Source: Chromera velia
Taxonomy: Eukaryota
Length of the DNA stretch: 49,537 bases
Direction: 5' to 3'
Assembly (NCBI GenBank): GCA_018398765.1
Contig: JAHBMJ010000358.1
Location: 1-49,537, forward strand
The notes under the pieces are model-generated. The model was not told the DNA's origin. It saw only the letters and a program-made list of their open reading frames with translations, and did no database searches. A program made the translations under genes and the position numbers. Below are positions 1-13,249 of the stretch, in pieces (position 1 is the stretch's first letter; every line of letters begins with the position of its first letter).

Positions 1-506
1 GGGGGGCACAAGAGGGAAAGAGAGAGAGAGAAGCCAGCGGTGGAATGCAGTTCACCTCAAGTTCTTCAGAAAAGTCCTCTCATTTCGCGTGAAGTGCAGG
101 GCCTGTTGCTGCACGTGCGGGCATGTATCTGTAGAGACTGCTTCGTTTTCAAAACTTTGAGAGAAAACAAAAGGAAAAGGACCTGCAGGCATGTAGACGA
201 GACGGGATGCAACCGACAGAAGTGAGGACAGGGAGAGAGGTGCAGGGTGAAAAGACTTGTGGCGTCTAACCTTGCAGGACTGAGGCTCGGGGACAGAAGC
301 GAACGTGCCAAAGAAAGCAAAAAGGGCAGAAGGGGGGATGGTGCACTGATGTACGGGAGAGCCGGCTCGGGAGGCCCACCAGGTTGGAATCAGACTGAGG
401 ACTGTGCCCTTCACCTAACGAAACCCCTACAAGGCCGCACTTCTTGCATCCTGTGGATTACTGACCAAAGCACCACAAGAGAAAAGACAAGGAGAAAGGG
501 ACTGAC

Positions 507-917
507 TTTGCCAACCCCTGAGGGCCCCGCAATGACCAGTGGTGCGCTGGCGGGGCTGTCGCACAGTTCTTCTGAACTGCACTTTTTCCTATCGTCCATT
601 GCGATTTGCTGTTTTCCTTTGCCTTTTTCTGGACGTGTGGAAAGAAGAGAATGCCTCCTGCTGTTCAAAGGAGGGCTACCAGACTCCTCTGCCGTTGCGT
701 CTTCCTCTTGCCCCAACCACTTGTCCCGATCCACTCTACCTTCCTTATCCTCGCGAGTGCGAAAAAAGAGACGGAGGCGCCTCAAGGAGAGACGAGCCAG
801 ACTTGGACCCGCACTCCTTTCAGAGGCACACACGCCTGTAACACCAAAGTGCGAAGGCAGGGGCAGAATGCCTGCAGCAATAAATATGCGAAGAGCTTTC
901 TGTGGCGAGAATCCCAT
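507..917 (-). CDS. Guanylate kinase, first coding exon (the rest of the gene probably lies left of the window)
   Basis: Translation ends PLVIAGPSGVGK, the guanylate-kinase P-loop context, followed directly by a GTCAGT donor at 506. Candidate ATGs are at 917 (MGFSPQ, hydrophobic then R/S-rich leader) and 599 (MDDRKK). No convincing next exon was found in 1-506. Confidence 0.65.
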
Positions 918-1542
918 GCACTCCTCACTCCACTTTGTCTCCTGTGAACGACACTCCAGGACGCAAGCATGCAGAAAGGAGCAAGATTCAGTCTGCTCTT
1001 TCCAACAGGAAATTAACGGCACCCGACATCAAGGCTGCACAGTCGTTCGCGGAGCCAATCATTCAAGATTCAAAGATTGAAGTACTCACTCCCATCCCAC
1101 TTCACACCAACGGATCTTTCGCGCAAAGAAAGCAACAACAAAAAGCCCCAGCAAATCAATTTTTGTAAGTGCCCCACATGCAGACGATTGCAGACGTGCT
1201 GAGCTATGGCCGAGATAAGGAGACTGCATGTCTGCCGAGACATGATTCAACCTGATTCGACTGACGGAATGATTGAGATCGAAGATCGTCATGACTCAGA
1301 TTGACTCAGTGCAGCGGTCATTACTGAGCACTTCTCTGCATTGCGGTCCAATTTGCGGAACCCTTCGATTTCTACTTTTCTGCGTGGCGGAACTTCCTGT
1401 TGCAATTTGTCTCTCTGCATACTGTTAAGAAGCTGCCGCTCCAGAATCCCAGTAAACAGACCGCTTTCTACAACGAAAGGTTTTTTTGGGCTCTCTGAAC
1501 CCACGGTGGTTTTCGTTTCTTCACTCGTCCGTTCGGAAGAAA

Positions 1543-2228
1543 ATGTCGGGAGGTCAGGTTGTGATTGACATTGAATCCTCCTCAGACGAAGAAATGGGAT
1601 CACAAGGAGAGAGACGGGAGGGTACAGACAGAGCCTCTGGAGGTGGGCATGTTTCTCAGGCCGAGCACAGAAGAAGACACGACAGGGTGGCACAAAGTCT
1701 CTTCGCATCTTCTTCTTCTTCGACAGCTGCTGCTGCTGCTGCAGCTCCTTTGCGCCCACAGTCTCAGAACGCTTCCCCTCCAACGGCCCAGTGGTTGGAG
1801 GAGGAGAGTGAAAGTGAGAGTGAGGAGAGCAGCTCAGAGGACGAAGACGGGGGCGGGAGCCAATCAACTGAAGACGAAGTATTTGCGGGTCAGGAGAAAG
1901 GGTGTTCTAACGTCCCGAAACTGAGAAAAAAATGAAGAATGCGCAGACAAAATAGAAATACGTGAACACAACAATGCTGAAAAAAGATGAGGCCTTCACA
2001 TGCAGGCCGCGAACGCCCTGAAACTTGTTTCCCCCTGGAGTGCTGATCATACAGTGCAGCAGGAATCAGAAAAAGAAACGAGAATTACGGATAAAAGAGG
2101 ACAAATTCTGTAGAGGATTGGCCACACAAAAAAAGGCAGGAGGCGATGACGTTAAGTAACCGTCTCTTGGCTTTCAGTTTTCCTTTCCATCAGCCTCTGT
2201 TGCCTTCATTCCCTTCTCCCTTTTTTGC

Positions 2229-2264
<36 letters not shown>

Positions 2265-3817
2265 ATGCATGTGCTTTCCAATGAGGTCACTGCAGGTAGT
2301 GTGGAGCTTCAAATCGTGGGGTGTCGGTACTACAGCGGGGTGGCTCACGCAGGAGAGTTCGTGAGTCTGAAGAGAGAACCCAGAAACCCATATGACAGGA
2401 ACGCCATCCGAGTCGACAACATACAGGGGGACCAGGTCGGCCTCTGCATACATGGAATGAATGAAGAGGTCACACCATTCGGCCGGGTGGTCATGCTCTA
2501 GGGCTGTGATCGGGAAACTTATTACAGAAGAAATGGCCGAAATCTCATTAATCGAAACCAGCATGTCGGGCTCTTGAATGTAAGTTTTCATAGACTGCAG
2601 GTATGAGATAGGCGGAGTGCCGAGAAGAAAGGGGCAGAACAGCACAGAGTGCAGTTGAGGGAAAGGAAAAAACAAGAATTGCTTGGTCTCGTTATCCACT
2701 TTTGCCCGCCTCTTTCCTTCCTGCTCGTGTTGTTCTGCAGGTCGGGCACATCAAGCGCGAGTACGCAGCCGTGCTTGCCCCTGTCCTTGACCGTGCCCTC
2801 GCATCTTCAGCCCGGCCATCTGCGGGGCAGCGCCCCGGGGGGGGAGGGGGGGCCGCCGGCTTCCCCCGTGCAGAAGCTACCATTCCTCGTCAGACCAAGG
2901 GGACGTTCTCCATGCCTGTTGAGATTGGGTTCTACACAGAGAACAGCGAGGGGGCAGAGGATTTGAGGCGTGAGCTGTCGAGGAGAGGTGTGTTCTTAAA
3001 CGCCTCTGTGTCGGGGGACCGGCCTTTCATGTCTGATTTGAGTAGAGGGGCGGGTGGGGGNNNNGGGGGGGGTGCTGTGTCGTCTCGAGAGGTGGTGGAT
3101 CCTGAGAAGTCCCTGGAAGAGCTGGATGCTCTTTTTGAGAAATTTGAGACAGAGGGAGTGGACGCGAAGGGAGGGAAGAAGGAGACAGGGAAGGAGAAGG
3201 ACAAGGAAAAGGAGAAGGAGAGGGGGCGAGACGGTCCTCTTCTTTCCCTCGACACCTCTAGGGCTCTGAGTGCCTTGAAGGTCCCTCTGTATGCCCACCA
3301 AAAATTGGGGGTTGAGTGGATCCTCCGGAGAGAGAAATTGTCCCCTGCAGACTTCAATTGTCCTTTTGTGACGGAGAGAACAGAGGGAGAGAAAAAGAAA
3401 AAGAAGAAGGAAGCGGAGAAAGAAGACACCCCACATTTGCCTGCATTCTGGGAAAAGAGGAAGGAGATGGGCAGAGTTGTCTATTTTAATTCCATCACAA
3501 ACTCCTCACAGATCAACGCACCGAAACCAGTGGCGGGAGGGATTATTGCGGATGATATGGGACTGGGAAAAACAGTCCAGGTCATAGCGACAATTCTCGC
3601 AAACCCTTCTTCTCTTTCCTCTTCTTCATCTTCTTCGTCTTCGTCTTCCTCGGGAGACAGACACATGGGGGAAGGACCGAAAAGACAAAAGGCTGTTAGT
3701 GCCCCCCCTTCCTCTTCTTCCTCTTCCTCCTCGCTCAGTGGATCCATCGGTCCGCGGCCAACTCTGGTGGTCTGTCCGACCTCTGTGCTCGCAGGTGAGT
3801 TGGCGAGTCTGTGTGTG

Positions 3818-3849
<32 letters not shown>

Positions 3850-4296
3850 GTTTGGAGTGTCCTCCGAGTGGTGATCACACGTCTGGGTGGGTGCAGATGA
3901 TGTCGTTGCTGTCTCGATCGCGTATATTGATATTCGGAGTCTGAGAAGAAGAGTAGCCAGAGAGAGGATCAGACTCCCCACTCACGTTGCCATTTTTATG
4001 TGCAGAATCTCAGGAATGTATTTTCTTGATGCCTTCAGAAGCCAAACATAGAGGAAAGATCTGTGCAGTCTTCCACTTCTCTCACACCCACATTTTCTAC
4101 ACACACTTTCCCTCTTCTCTGTGCATCCATCGCCTCTCAGGTTGGGAGGCCCAGTTAGACGAGCATGTCCAACCTGGAGCACTGAGAGTGGGTGGGAGGG
4201 TGCGTGGGTGGGTGGAGGAATCAGTTGGTTGGCTGCCTCTCTCTCTCTCTCTCTCTCTCTCTCTNNNNNNNNNNNNNNNNNNNNCTCTCTCTGCGC

Positions 4297-4332
<36 letters not shown>

Positions 4333-4404
4333 ATGTGTGTATGTGTGTATGTGTGTATGTGTGTGCGTGTGCGTGTGCGTGTGCGTGTGCGTGTGCGTGT
4401 GCGT

Positions 4405-4448
<44 letters not shown>

Positions 4449-4491
4449 GTATGTATATGTGTGTGCGTGCGTGTGTATGTATATGTGTGTG

Positions 4492-4523
<32 letters not shown>

Positions 4524-5693
4524 TGTGTATGTGTGTGTGTGTGTGTGTGTATGTGTGTGTGTCCGTCTGTTTCTGTGTCCCTATTCAAGAAGGGGAGAGG
4601 AGAGAAAAGGACAAGAACAATTAGTTTAAGAAAGATGCAAACGCAAGAATTCGAAGGACCTCTCTCTCTATTTCTCTCTCAGTTGCGCGCGCGCTATCGC
4701 GCATACGTTTCGTTCTCTTTCTCTCGTGTTTTTTCTTGAATCCTCCCGAGTGTGCTCATGAGGTAAGAACATGCAAACATTGAATAGGAGCAAAAATCAA
4801 CATGATGGCCTGTAGACCTCATAATAAGAAACGATTGGTTTCATGTCGATGCAGGTGGTGACCTACCACGGCCCCGGAAAGCAGACTTTGGATCAGAGGG
4901 ACCTCAGAAATGCCGACGTGGTCCTGACCACCTACGGAGTTTTGACATCCGAATTTGCGGCCGTCTCCGCTGATTCCCCCCAGAGTAAGGAGAAGGGAGA
5001 GAAGGGAGGAAAGCCGGGAAAGAGAAAGGCAGTCGGGGGAGGTCAGGGATTGCTCTTTGAGCTTGAGTGGCGCCGTGTAGTGCTTGACGAAGCGCATCAG
5101 ATCCGAAATCGAAACACCAAGAGTTTTAAGGCTGCACAGTTACTCAGTGATCGAGCTCGGTACAGATGGTGTGTGACCGGCACACCTCTGCAAAATCGTG
5201 CGGATGACGTTTACGCCCTTTTTTCGTTCATTCGAAGTGAGCCTCTGAGTTCTCTGGAGGTCTGGCAGAGAGCTGTCGGTCGGCCTCTGCAGAGAGGTGA
5301 CCTTGTGGCCCTCTCCCGTCTCCGTCTCCTCCTCCAGTCCGTCGCTCTGAGAAGGAAGAAAAGCTCTGTGGCTGCGGCACTGCCGAAGAAGACCGTCGAG
5401 ATCAGAAAGGTTCGCGGGGATTAATTTCTTTCCTCTCTCTCTCTCTCTCTTTTTTTTTTTTTGTCTTTTTGGTTCTTGCTTCGAGAGTGAAAATGAGTAA
5501 GGAGTTGAGAAAGGCAACAACCTATGAGCATAGGCGTTCATGGAACAAGTTCTTGCGGCTCTCTTGATCCGCTTTCGGCTTTTCCATGACTGTACTTACG
5601 CTGTCTCTCTCTCCCACTATCTTCTCTCGTCGTCTGTTTCCCTTCAATCCCACTCCCTCTCTTCCCTTCTCCCCCGTCTCTTTTTTTGCATGT

Positions 5694-5792
<99 letters not shown>

Positions 5793-7280
5793 AGGTGAGG
5801 TTTGAGGGTCCCCACTTTGAGGCCTACAGGACGCTGTTCGACTCTGCCAAGGCGGCCTTCAGGGCAGCTGCAGCTGTGAGTCTCTCAAAGAGGAAGTTCA
5901 AAAGGGGGGTTGGGGAGCCTCGGTTGAAAGATGCCTGAGAGTACTTTTGAATAGCCACAGATGCAAACAGAGGTTTTTCCGAATACAAGATGTCTGAAAT
6001 TCCCACTTGCGATGTTCTTTCGTTCATCGTTTTTGTTTCCGACGGCTCGAGAAAATTTTCAATAAATCGGTAATTTGAAGGCAAAATCTCTCTCAAAAAA
6101 GTAACCTCCTGCCATTACTCCATCTTGTGTGTCGGTTCGACTTGCTATCTTTTTTGTCCCATTGCAGGTGAGTGACGATGCAGTGCTGCGGAATTATTCC
6201 TCCGTCCTGGAGTGCCTCCTGAGGGTGCGGCAGTGCTGCTGCGATGCGAGGATGGTGCCTGTGGAGAGATTGGAGAGCGCCCGCAGAGTGCTAGCCGAAT
6301 ATTCGGATCGTCTCGGGGGGGGAGGGGGGGGAAGTAAGGGAAAGCCCGTCCTGTCTGCCGAGGAGGCAAAGGAGCTGTTTGAGAAACTGAAGGGCGCGTT
6401 GCATGGCGACGGGATGCGGGTGGAGGGAGCGGATGCGGGGGGGGGGGGGGGGGAGTCGGCAGCAGAGTGTGCGATCTGTTTTGAGGTTGCCACATCGGGC
6501 GTGTTGCGTATCATTCGTAAGTGTCGTCACTGTTTCTGTGCAGAGTGTCTGGACAGGATTCTTGGGAAGGCCCGAGAGGGCACCTTCAGGTCGATGAGTG
6601 CGTCTGCCAAGTGTCCCTTGTGTCGGCAGCCCTTCGCTGCAGCTGACTGCCTTGGACTTGAGTCTGTAGAGGCTGCACTCCCCTCGTGCTCTGCGGGAGA
6701 GGGGGAGGGGGGTGGAGGAAGGAAGACAAAAGAGGAGAAATCTGTGTATCCTGCCAGTCCCAAGACCGTGGCCCTGCTGGAAGGGTTGCGAGAGATGAGG
6801 GCAGGGGATGGGAGTGCAAAGGCTGTTGTGTTCTCTCAGTTCACCTCCTACATGGATTTGCTTCAAAGGGAGATGAGAGAGGCGGGGGTCGAGTGTCTTC
6901 GCCTGGACGGCTCCCTTTCAATGCCTCGTCGTCGTATGGTTTTGTCGTCTTTTGAATCCTCAAAGACCGTTCAGGTCCTGCTTGTGTCCACAAGGGCTGG
7001 GGGGGTGGGGTTGAACCTCACCGCAGCCAATTGGGTGTTTTTGATGGATTTGTGGTGGAATGCGGGGGTTGAAGAGCAGGCCATTGACAGGGTACACAGA
7101 CTAGGTCAGAAAAAGGAAGTGAGGGCTGTGCGTTTTGTGTGCGGGGGGGACAGCGTGGAGGAGAGGATTCTGGAGGTGCAGGCCCGGAAGGCCGCGCTAC
7201 AGTCAGGAAGCATGCAGAAACTGTCGGAAGAGGAAATCCGAAAACTCCGAATGGCAGACCTCAGACACATCTTCGACTGA
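1543..7280 (+). CDS. Rad5/HLTF-like SNF2 DNA helicase and RING E3 ligase (HIRAN + SNF2_N + RING + HELICc), 7 exons
   Basis: Inferred exons 1543-1888, 2296-2435, 2741-3794, 4141-4187, 4855-5409, 5795-5875 and 6168-7280, all GT-AG. Motifs: HIRAN (IVGCRYY...[16 protein letters not shown]...QVGHI), [34 protein letters not shown]3HC4 RING (CAIC...CRHCFCAEC...CPLCR), [24 protein letters not shown]. Small N gap at 3061-3063. Confidence 0.95.
4238..4562. repeat. Compound intronic microsatellite (CT)n-(GT)n-(GCGTGT)n
   Basis: Directly visible. Similar tracts lie at 2230-2265, 5697-5790, 27170-27285, 9087-9160, 35590-35680 and 46070-46200. Confidence 0.95.
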
Positions 7281-9085
7281 AGGACTGAGTGTGTGTACAT
7301 TTTTTCTGCAGTATCGATTCCGTGAAGTCGATTGGATGCATCATAATCATCGCATTGAGCAGATTTGTGCATGGGCCCGTGGGACTGCATGAGTGAATGT
7401 GTTGACGGCGTCGAGTTCCGTTGTATGTACGCTTGGGGATCTGCAGAGTCTGCGTGAGCATCACTTCATCCCGCGAGTGAGTTGCACATCAATACATACG
7501 TATCAATGTTTTTCAGTGGCAGGTCTGTGCAGTGACAGTGCAGTCTATATATTATACCGGCAACAGACATGTGCATGCATGAGTCAAACATTTTCAATGG
7601 TTTTGAATTTTAATTGAATGATCTCTGATCGAATCTTATCATTATATTGAGTAAGTCATTAAAGTTCAGGTTCTGAAAAATATTAAATCGTCATGCAGTC
7701 ATTGTCAGTCAAATTCTTTTGTTAAGGTATTTTCTTTAATCCTGTTATTCAAGTTGTATAGCTGCTAACGCGATTCTTTCAACCTTTTATAATTACATTT
7801 TCTTAGCTTTTTTCGGGTTGGGCTGTGCATGCACGTTTTTGAAATGATTGTTTAAGCTATCTAGTCAGCTATATTTTTCACACATTACATATCATATCAA
7901 GAGTCATTTTTAAATTTTTTTATGAGGGATCGATGATATTAAAGCTGCATGTAGCTGCAAATTGATGTATGCTCTAGTGCCTAAGCCTAGGCCTAACCTA
8001 GTCTAGAACCTACTAGCGCGTGTTGCGGGACTCGCGGCTACTCCATCACTCAGTCAGTTTGAATGTCAGAGACATCATATATTATAGTAGGTCCAGTATC
8101 AAATTACTAGTGAAATTATGACTCAAATAGCACAGAACAGATCAATATAATCATTAATTTACATATTATTAAGACATTTTCATAACGATAATTGTGATGT
8201 AGATTTGTTAGCAGTTTAACTGCATGACACTTAATTTAATTGATGTCAGTGGTGCACTAGCTGCGGTGGTGAACATTCGACCCAGCATTCGATTTTACTG
8301 GTATTAGTAATTTTAATATTAATCACTTTACCACGTGACTTTATAGATTCAACTTCTCAGCTAGCTCCTCAGTTACTCCTGCCAACTCGTTCTCAATATC
8401 AATCTAGGTATTGACCCAAGCACGGTATGTTTGACTAGATGTTCGAGTACCAACGCTATACCATAGGTTGGTAGTAGCCTGCAACTGTGTCTGCCGTAGT
8501 ACGTGTATGCAATGTACTACTATGCATCGCTTATCTCTCTGCAGAACAATGTATGCGCGCGTGGGGAGAGACCGACGGCTTCATGAACACAATTGCTTGC
8601 ATGGTCAAACAACGTCAACATATGCAAATCTTCTGTTAAAAAAAAAGAAACGAGCTCGGACGTAAACCTTTTGGCGATTTATTGACATTCGCCAGCGAGT
8701 GGGTGATGCGCATGCGAAGAGGGTGCACCGACTGGTATGTACTACAACAAGAATGAGCACAAAACTACAAAAGACAAAAGGATTTATCGTGTCATGCAAT
8801 GTTTAATGGCAGCATGGGCGGGTTCATGTATGCGGAAACTGAGTGACTCCAAACCGTGGGCTATTTCTTTATCATGAGGCACGACACAACGTGCCAGCCG
8901 TTTGTGGAGAGGAAAGAAACAGAATCAATGCTCTGGTGGGCTTCAAAACAAAACAGGCAGTGCATTGAAGTCAAATATGAGGATCCATCAGCAGACGAAT
9001 AGTGAGAAACGTTACTCTTTTGACTTCTTCGGACGAATTAGCTTTCGCTGTAGATTTGGTGATCCGACTGCCTCCGCTTCCCTTC

Positions 9086-9116
<31 letters not shown>

Positions 9117-10254
9117 GAAAGAAAGAAAGAAAGAAAGAGAGAGAGGGAGAGAGAGAGAGGCACCTCCGCACAAGGAGGCATAAGAAAGGATAGCGGAACT
9201 CAGGAACAGGAAGCCTGAAAGAGATGAGAAGAGAAGCAGGAGGGGCATCATTCCGTGGACTGAACGAAAGTCCACTGTTTTGCACTTTCATCTATTTGTT
9301 CAGTCCCACATTCCTTCTGACTTTCATTCAGCGAACTTTTCTTCGCAGCTTGGGACTTGAGTCGCTGATTCATGCACTTAATTAACTGAATTTCTGAGGA
9401 AGGTTTCATTTGAATGAATAGAGAGAGACTTTACTACGGAGGAGGTGAACAGGACAGCAGGCACTCTGCCGTACCGGGACCCCACAAGCCATGCCACCAT
9501 GGACAGCAAAAGACTATTCAAAATTAGTGCAGTCGCATCCGGAGCATACAGGATGAAAACAAAAAAAATGATGCGATAGAACAGAAAGGGCGCGCATCGT
9601 ACACGAGTATACATGGGCATGTAAATGGTGGGAGAAGGAAATGAAAGACTTTCGGATGATTGATTATTCATGAAGGTGAATGCTCAAGCCAGCCTCGGCC
9701 TCTTGCATTCAAATTGGGCGCTTCAGCGATTTTATGCTGCAGTGAGGAGAGAAAGAGAGAGAGATTTTGAGTAGAAAGATCGAGAGAAACAGATTGAACT
9801 TGAATTTTGCGGGTATGCATGACGATGTGTTGCAGACGGCTGTCTGTCTGTATGGTAATATTAATCCAGTTTGAGCCCACAGAAAAGGGCGCCCCGATGA
9901 ATCAGTGCCAGCCTCGCGACTTTACGCTCAGCCGGTGCATAATTTATCACAAAAAGCGGGAGAGCGATTGATTTTTCAGATTCTTTTTCGAGTGAGTGGT
10001 AAGCAGGGACGAGCCAGATGTGGATCGTTTCTTCGTGTCACTTCCCTGCCTTCCGTCGCTGCTCTGCTCTGTTCTGGTTTAGTCTGTCTTGTTTCTTGAT
10101 CTGTGATACAGATATGGCACCACGAGTTCTTTTTCTTCCTTTCCTCCCGAGGCTATCAGTCTCTGCCTTCGCTTCTTCTGCGATCGTCTTTCTTTAGAAA
10201 TCTCCGTCGTCCTTTCAGACACCCCTTCTGCATTCATCTCGCGGCCTGCCCTCG

Positions 10255-11973
10255 TTACTTTTCCACTTCAGCGCCTGGAGCCAGGACCAGGACCCCGCTG
10301 TTGTTTTCGTTTTCCTCCTCCCCTTCTTTGTGCCCCTCATATCCCAAGCCTGAACGGATGTGATCTCGAGGCAGACCGGTGACAGGGCTAGTCAGGTGCT
10401 GAAGGGGGGGAGGTTCGATTCCTGAAGAGGCTGCCATCGCACTCGCACGTCTCTCAGCCAGCAGCGTGTTGCTCCAAGAAGTCCGCACATAGTACACATA
10501 GCTGCAGGCAGGCAGGTAGGCAGGCAGGCAGGCAGGCGGCAGGCAGGTGGTGCATGAGAATGCAAACATCATATGCGCATGCATGCAGTGAGATTCGCTG
10601 ATACAGAAGGGAAGGAGGGATGAACGAATGGAATAGAAGGGCGAGAGAGTGAGTGAAGGAAAGGCATTTGGGGCGGTGGGGGGAGGGGTTGAATGAGGGC
10701 GTCCATCACCAAACGAATGAGTGCGAGGACGAAAAAGTAAAGGAAACCACTGGAACTGCATGTCATTGATGGCCTGCCAGTATCCTTTCATGAGACAAGA
10801 TCGCCTGTATTCATTCCTCAAATCGCTAAACGTATCGATGAACTGACGCACGCGGAGAAAGAGAGTTTGGAGATCAGGTCCATGCACGAGAGCACGATCA
10901 CCTCCGCCTGTCCTGGAATTGCCCTGACTCCGTTGGGCCCAATCAGCCAGGCGATGGGAAAGGTTATCCACGTGACCACCACACACACGCAGATGCCCCG
11001 CATGTGGGATCTCCCTGCAGACACGCACGCAGGTGGGCAGATGGGGGGGGGGGTACTCATAGGTGTTGGGCAGATGCGCAGCAGCAGAAAGGTATGAAAG
11101 CCGCGAAGGAAGGCAATCAACTTTCCTTCAAGGTTTGAAAGGCACTCTGCAGCTTCCTGAGCGTACATAATGCAATAAAAAGAGTTTTCGAGAAAAGCAA
11201 ATATCAAATGCTTGTCTTTGTCTTGTGAAGGGGTCTGCGACAAACCTTTGAAAAGGGATTCCTTGTTCTCTGAAGTCTCGCGGACTGCCCAGTCGAGGTT
11301 AATTACCAGGAGGGTGAAGAATAGAAGGCCAATTCCGAAGGCCATCATTCTGTAGTGATACTCCGGGATTGCGTTTGCCCAGAGGCCCATGACCAGCATG
11401 AGGAAGGTGCAGAGAACCAACTCAACCTGTCGCTGCATCTTGCTGCGTGCAAGCAGCGAGACCTGCCACGCGAGGAGGGGACAGGTGATGACGAACTGGA
11501 CGAATCTGCATCGGAAGTTGGATATACATGCAAGCATTCGTATTCACGAACTTCCAACTGAAGGTGCGTACAGTTCTGGCATGGGTTTCACTTTTGTCTG
11601 ACCTTCCAAGGTCGTTGCGCGTGCAGTTTGAGAAGATCACGTCGTCTGCCTGGGAGAGCATGATGAGGTTGTGGCAGCCCGAGAAGAGCATAATGTACCC
11701 ATTCAAGCTGGTGCACATAGAGAACACAGCCAGTCGGTCATCTTTCACATGAGGGTCGGGAAATCGGGTCCAGTAGAACAAGCCCACCAGCACAAACAGG
11801 GATGCTTGGCCAACACGAATTCCGAAGGTCAGAGTGCTCATGGGCTCGATAGCGTCGTCGGCAATGCACTCAGCAAGGTAGTCACGGGTCGCCTCCGCAA
11901 GGGAGGGGACGGCCATTACGGCCCATGCCAGAAGAGGAATGGAAAGGAAGCGGGTCATGTTTGCTCTAAACAT
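10255..11973 (-). CDS. Type-1 (microbial) rhodopsin, channelrhodopsin-like, 346 aa, with N-terminal signal peptide
   Basis: Exons 11973-11603, 11505-11246, 11014-10852 and 10501-10255 join in frame through GT-AG introns (1041 nt). Helix C RFVQFVITCPLLAWQ aligns with bacteriorhodopsin RYADWLFTTPLLLLD. Helix F is WITFPIAW and helix G is DLISK (Schiff-base Lys). Seven hydrophobic segments follow the leader. Confidence 0.93.
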
Positions 11974-13249
11974 CTGACCTACTCTGCAAAAATCAATCAG
12001 CGCGAACCCTTAAACTTTAATCTGCGCTAAGTGTTCGTATGGAGAAATTTAGACAGGCGAGAAACTCGGACAGCTTAGTGTCTTGAAGTGTGAGCCGGCA
12101 TCAGTGGACGAGGCTGTGGGAAGATTGAAAACGCTTCGGTGGATCAATGCGTGCATTCCACGCTATAATTATATAGCTGCACAGCATGCACAGTGACATG
12201 CATTTTCATGCAGGCAGTTCTGCAGCTGCATGTGAACAACACCATTTGACTGTTGCAAAAACAACAGTTGCTAAACAACACTTGCCAAACAACAGCAAAA
12301 CAACAGTTGTCAAACAACAGACAACAGACCATGCACTGTGTCAGGCAGTTTTGAAACAACCGTTGTCGGTTATTCTATAGCAGGACTGAGGATTTTGTCA
12401 CCCCTGTCATAATTATCGATACGCGCGCGCGACCTCGCGGATGCACGCGGGCCCTTGCAAGACTTGTAAAAATTTGCACTCAAGTCCAGAGAATCGGATT
12501 GGTCACAATTCATCAGTCAATAAATGAATCTATTCATTCTAATGTTCAGTTCAATGGTTACATCATCTATTCATTCTAGACTTCATAGTGCTACTGCAAG
12601 TGTATGTTCGCTTGGTTCTTTCTTCTGTTTTGGACTTCGACTTTCAGGGTTGAGTTGAGCTGTGACTGACCTGCATGCACATGCGTATGTGCGGCGAAGG
12701 GCGCCGCCACTTTTATAATAATAATTCTGTCAGGGGTGATTATATCTGTCTCGCTCGAATTGCGCACCCATTTTTTGATCTGTTCTATCCTCAGTCCTAC
12801 TATTCATATACATATATACTCCAACTAGGTTGCCAGTTGCCAGTTTGGCAACTTACAGTGCAAACAACAGTCTGGCAAACAACATTTAATCCGTACGCGG
12901 TACAACAGCTGCGAACTGCATGTTCGTTCTTCTCATTCCCAACACTGAGTCTGTTGACACCTGTCCTATCTTTCTGTATATATATGTGTCAAAAAGCAGA
13001 CAGGTGTGTTTGATTACCAGACAAAGCAGTGCCTTTGTACCGAAGCTTCAGTTGGAATTCCACAGTTTCGAAACACTTGCGATTCTCACGGATACCCTTT
13101 TGTCACTTGGCGAAATTGCCATGTATACAGGCAAGCAATATGTTCCGAACTTGATGTGAAAACCTAAACGGGTTGAACAAATTTGAGGCTTTCTTACGAA
13201 GTGAGCATAGACAGTGCATTCTGATCGGCGACCGTGCTCAGCTTTCTTC

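Noticed and set aside
247..1080. 277-aa plus-strand ORF
   Set aside because: Antisense to the guanylate kinase exon, with a GTG start and no recognisable motif.
3987..4739. Cys/Val- and His/Thr-rich ORFs
   Set aside because: These are translations of intronic microsatellites. Only 4141-4187 is a real exon.
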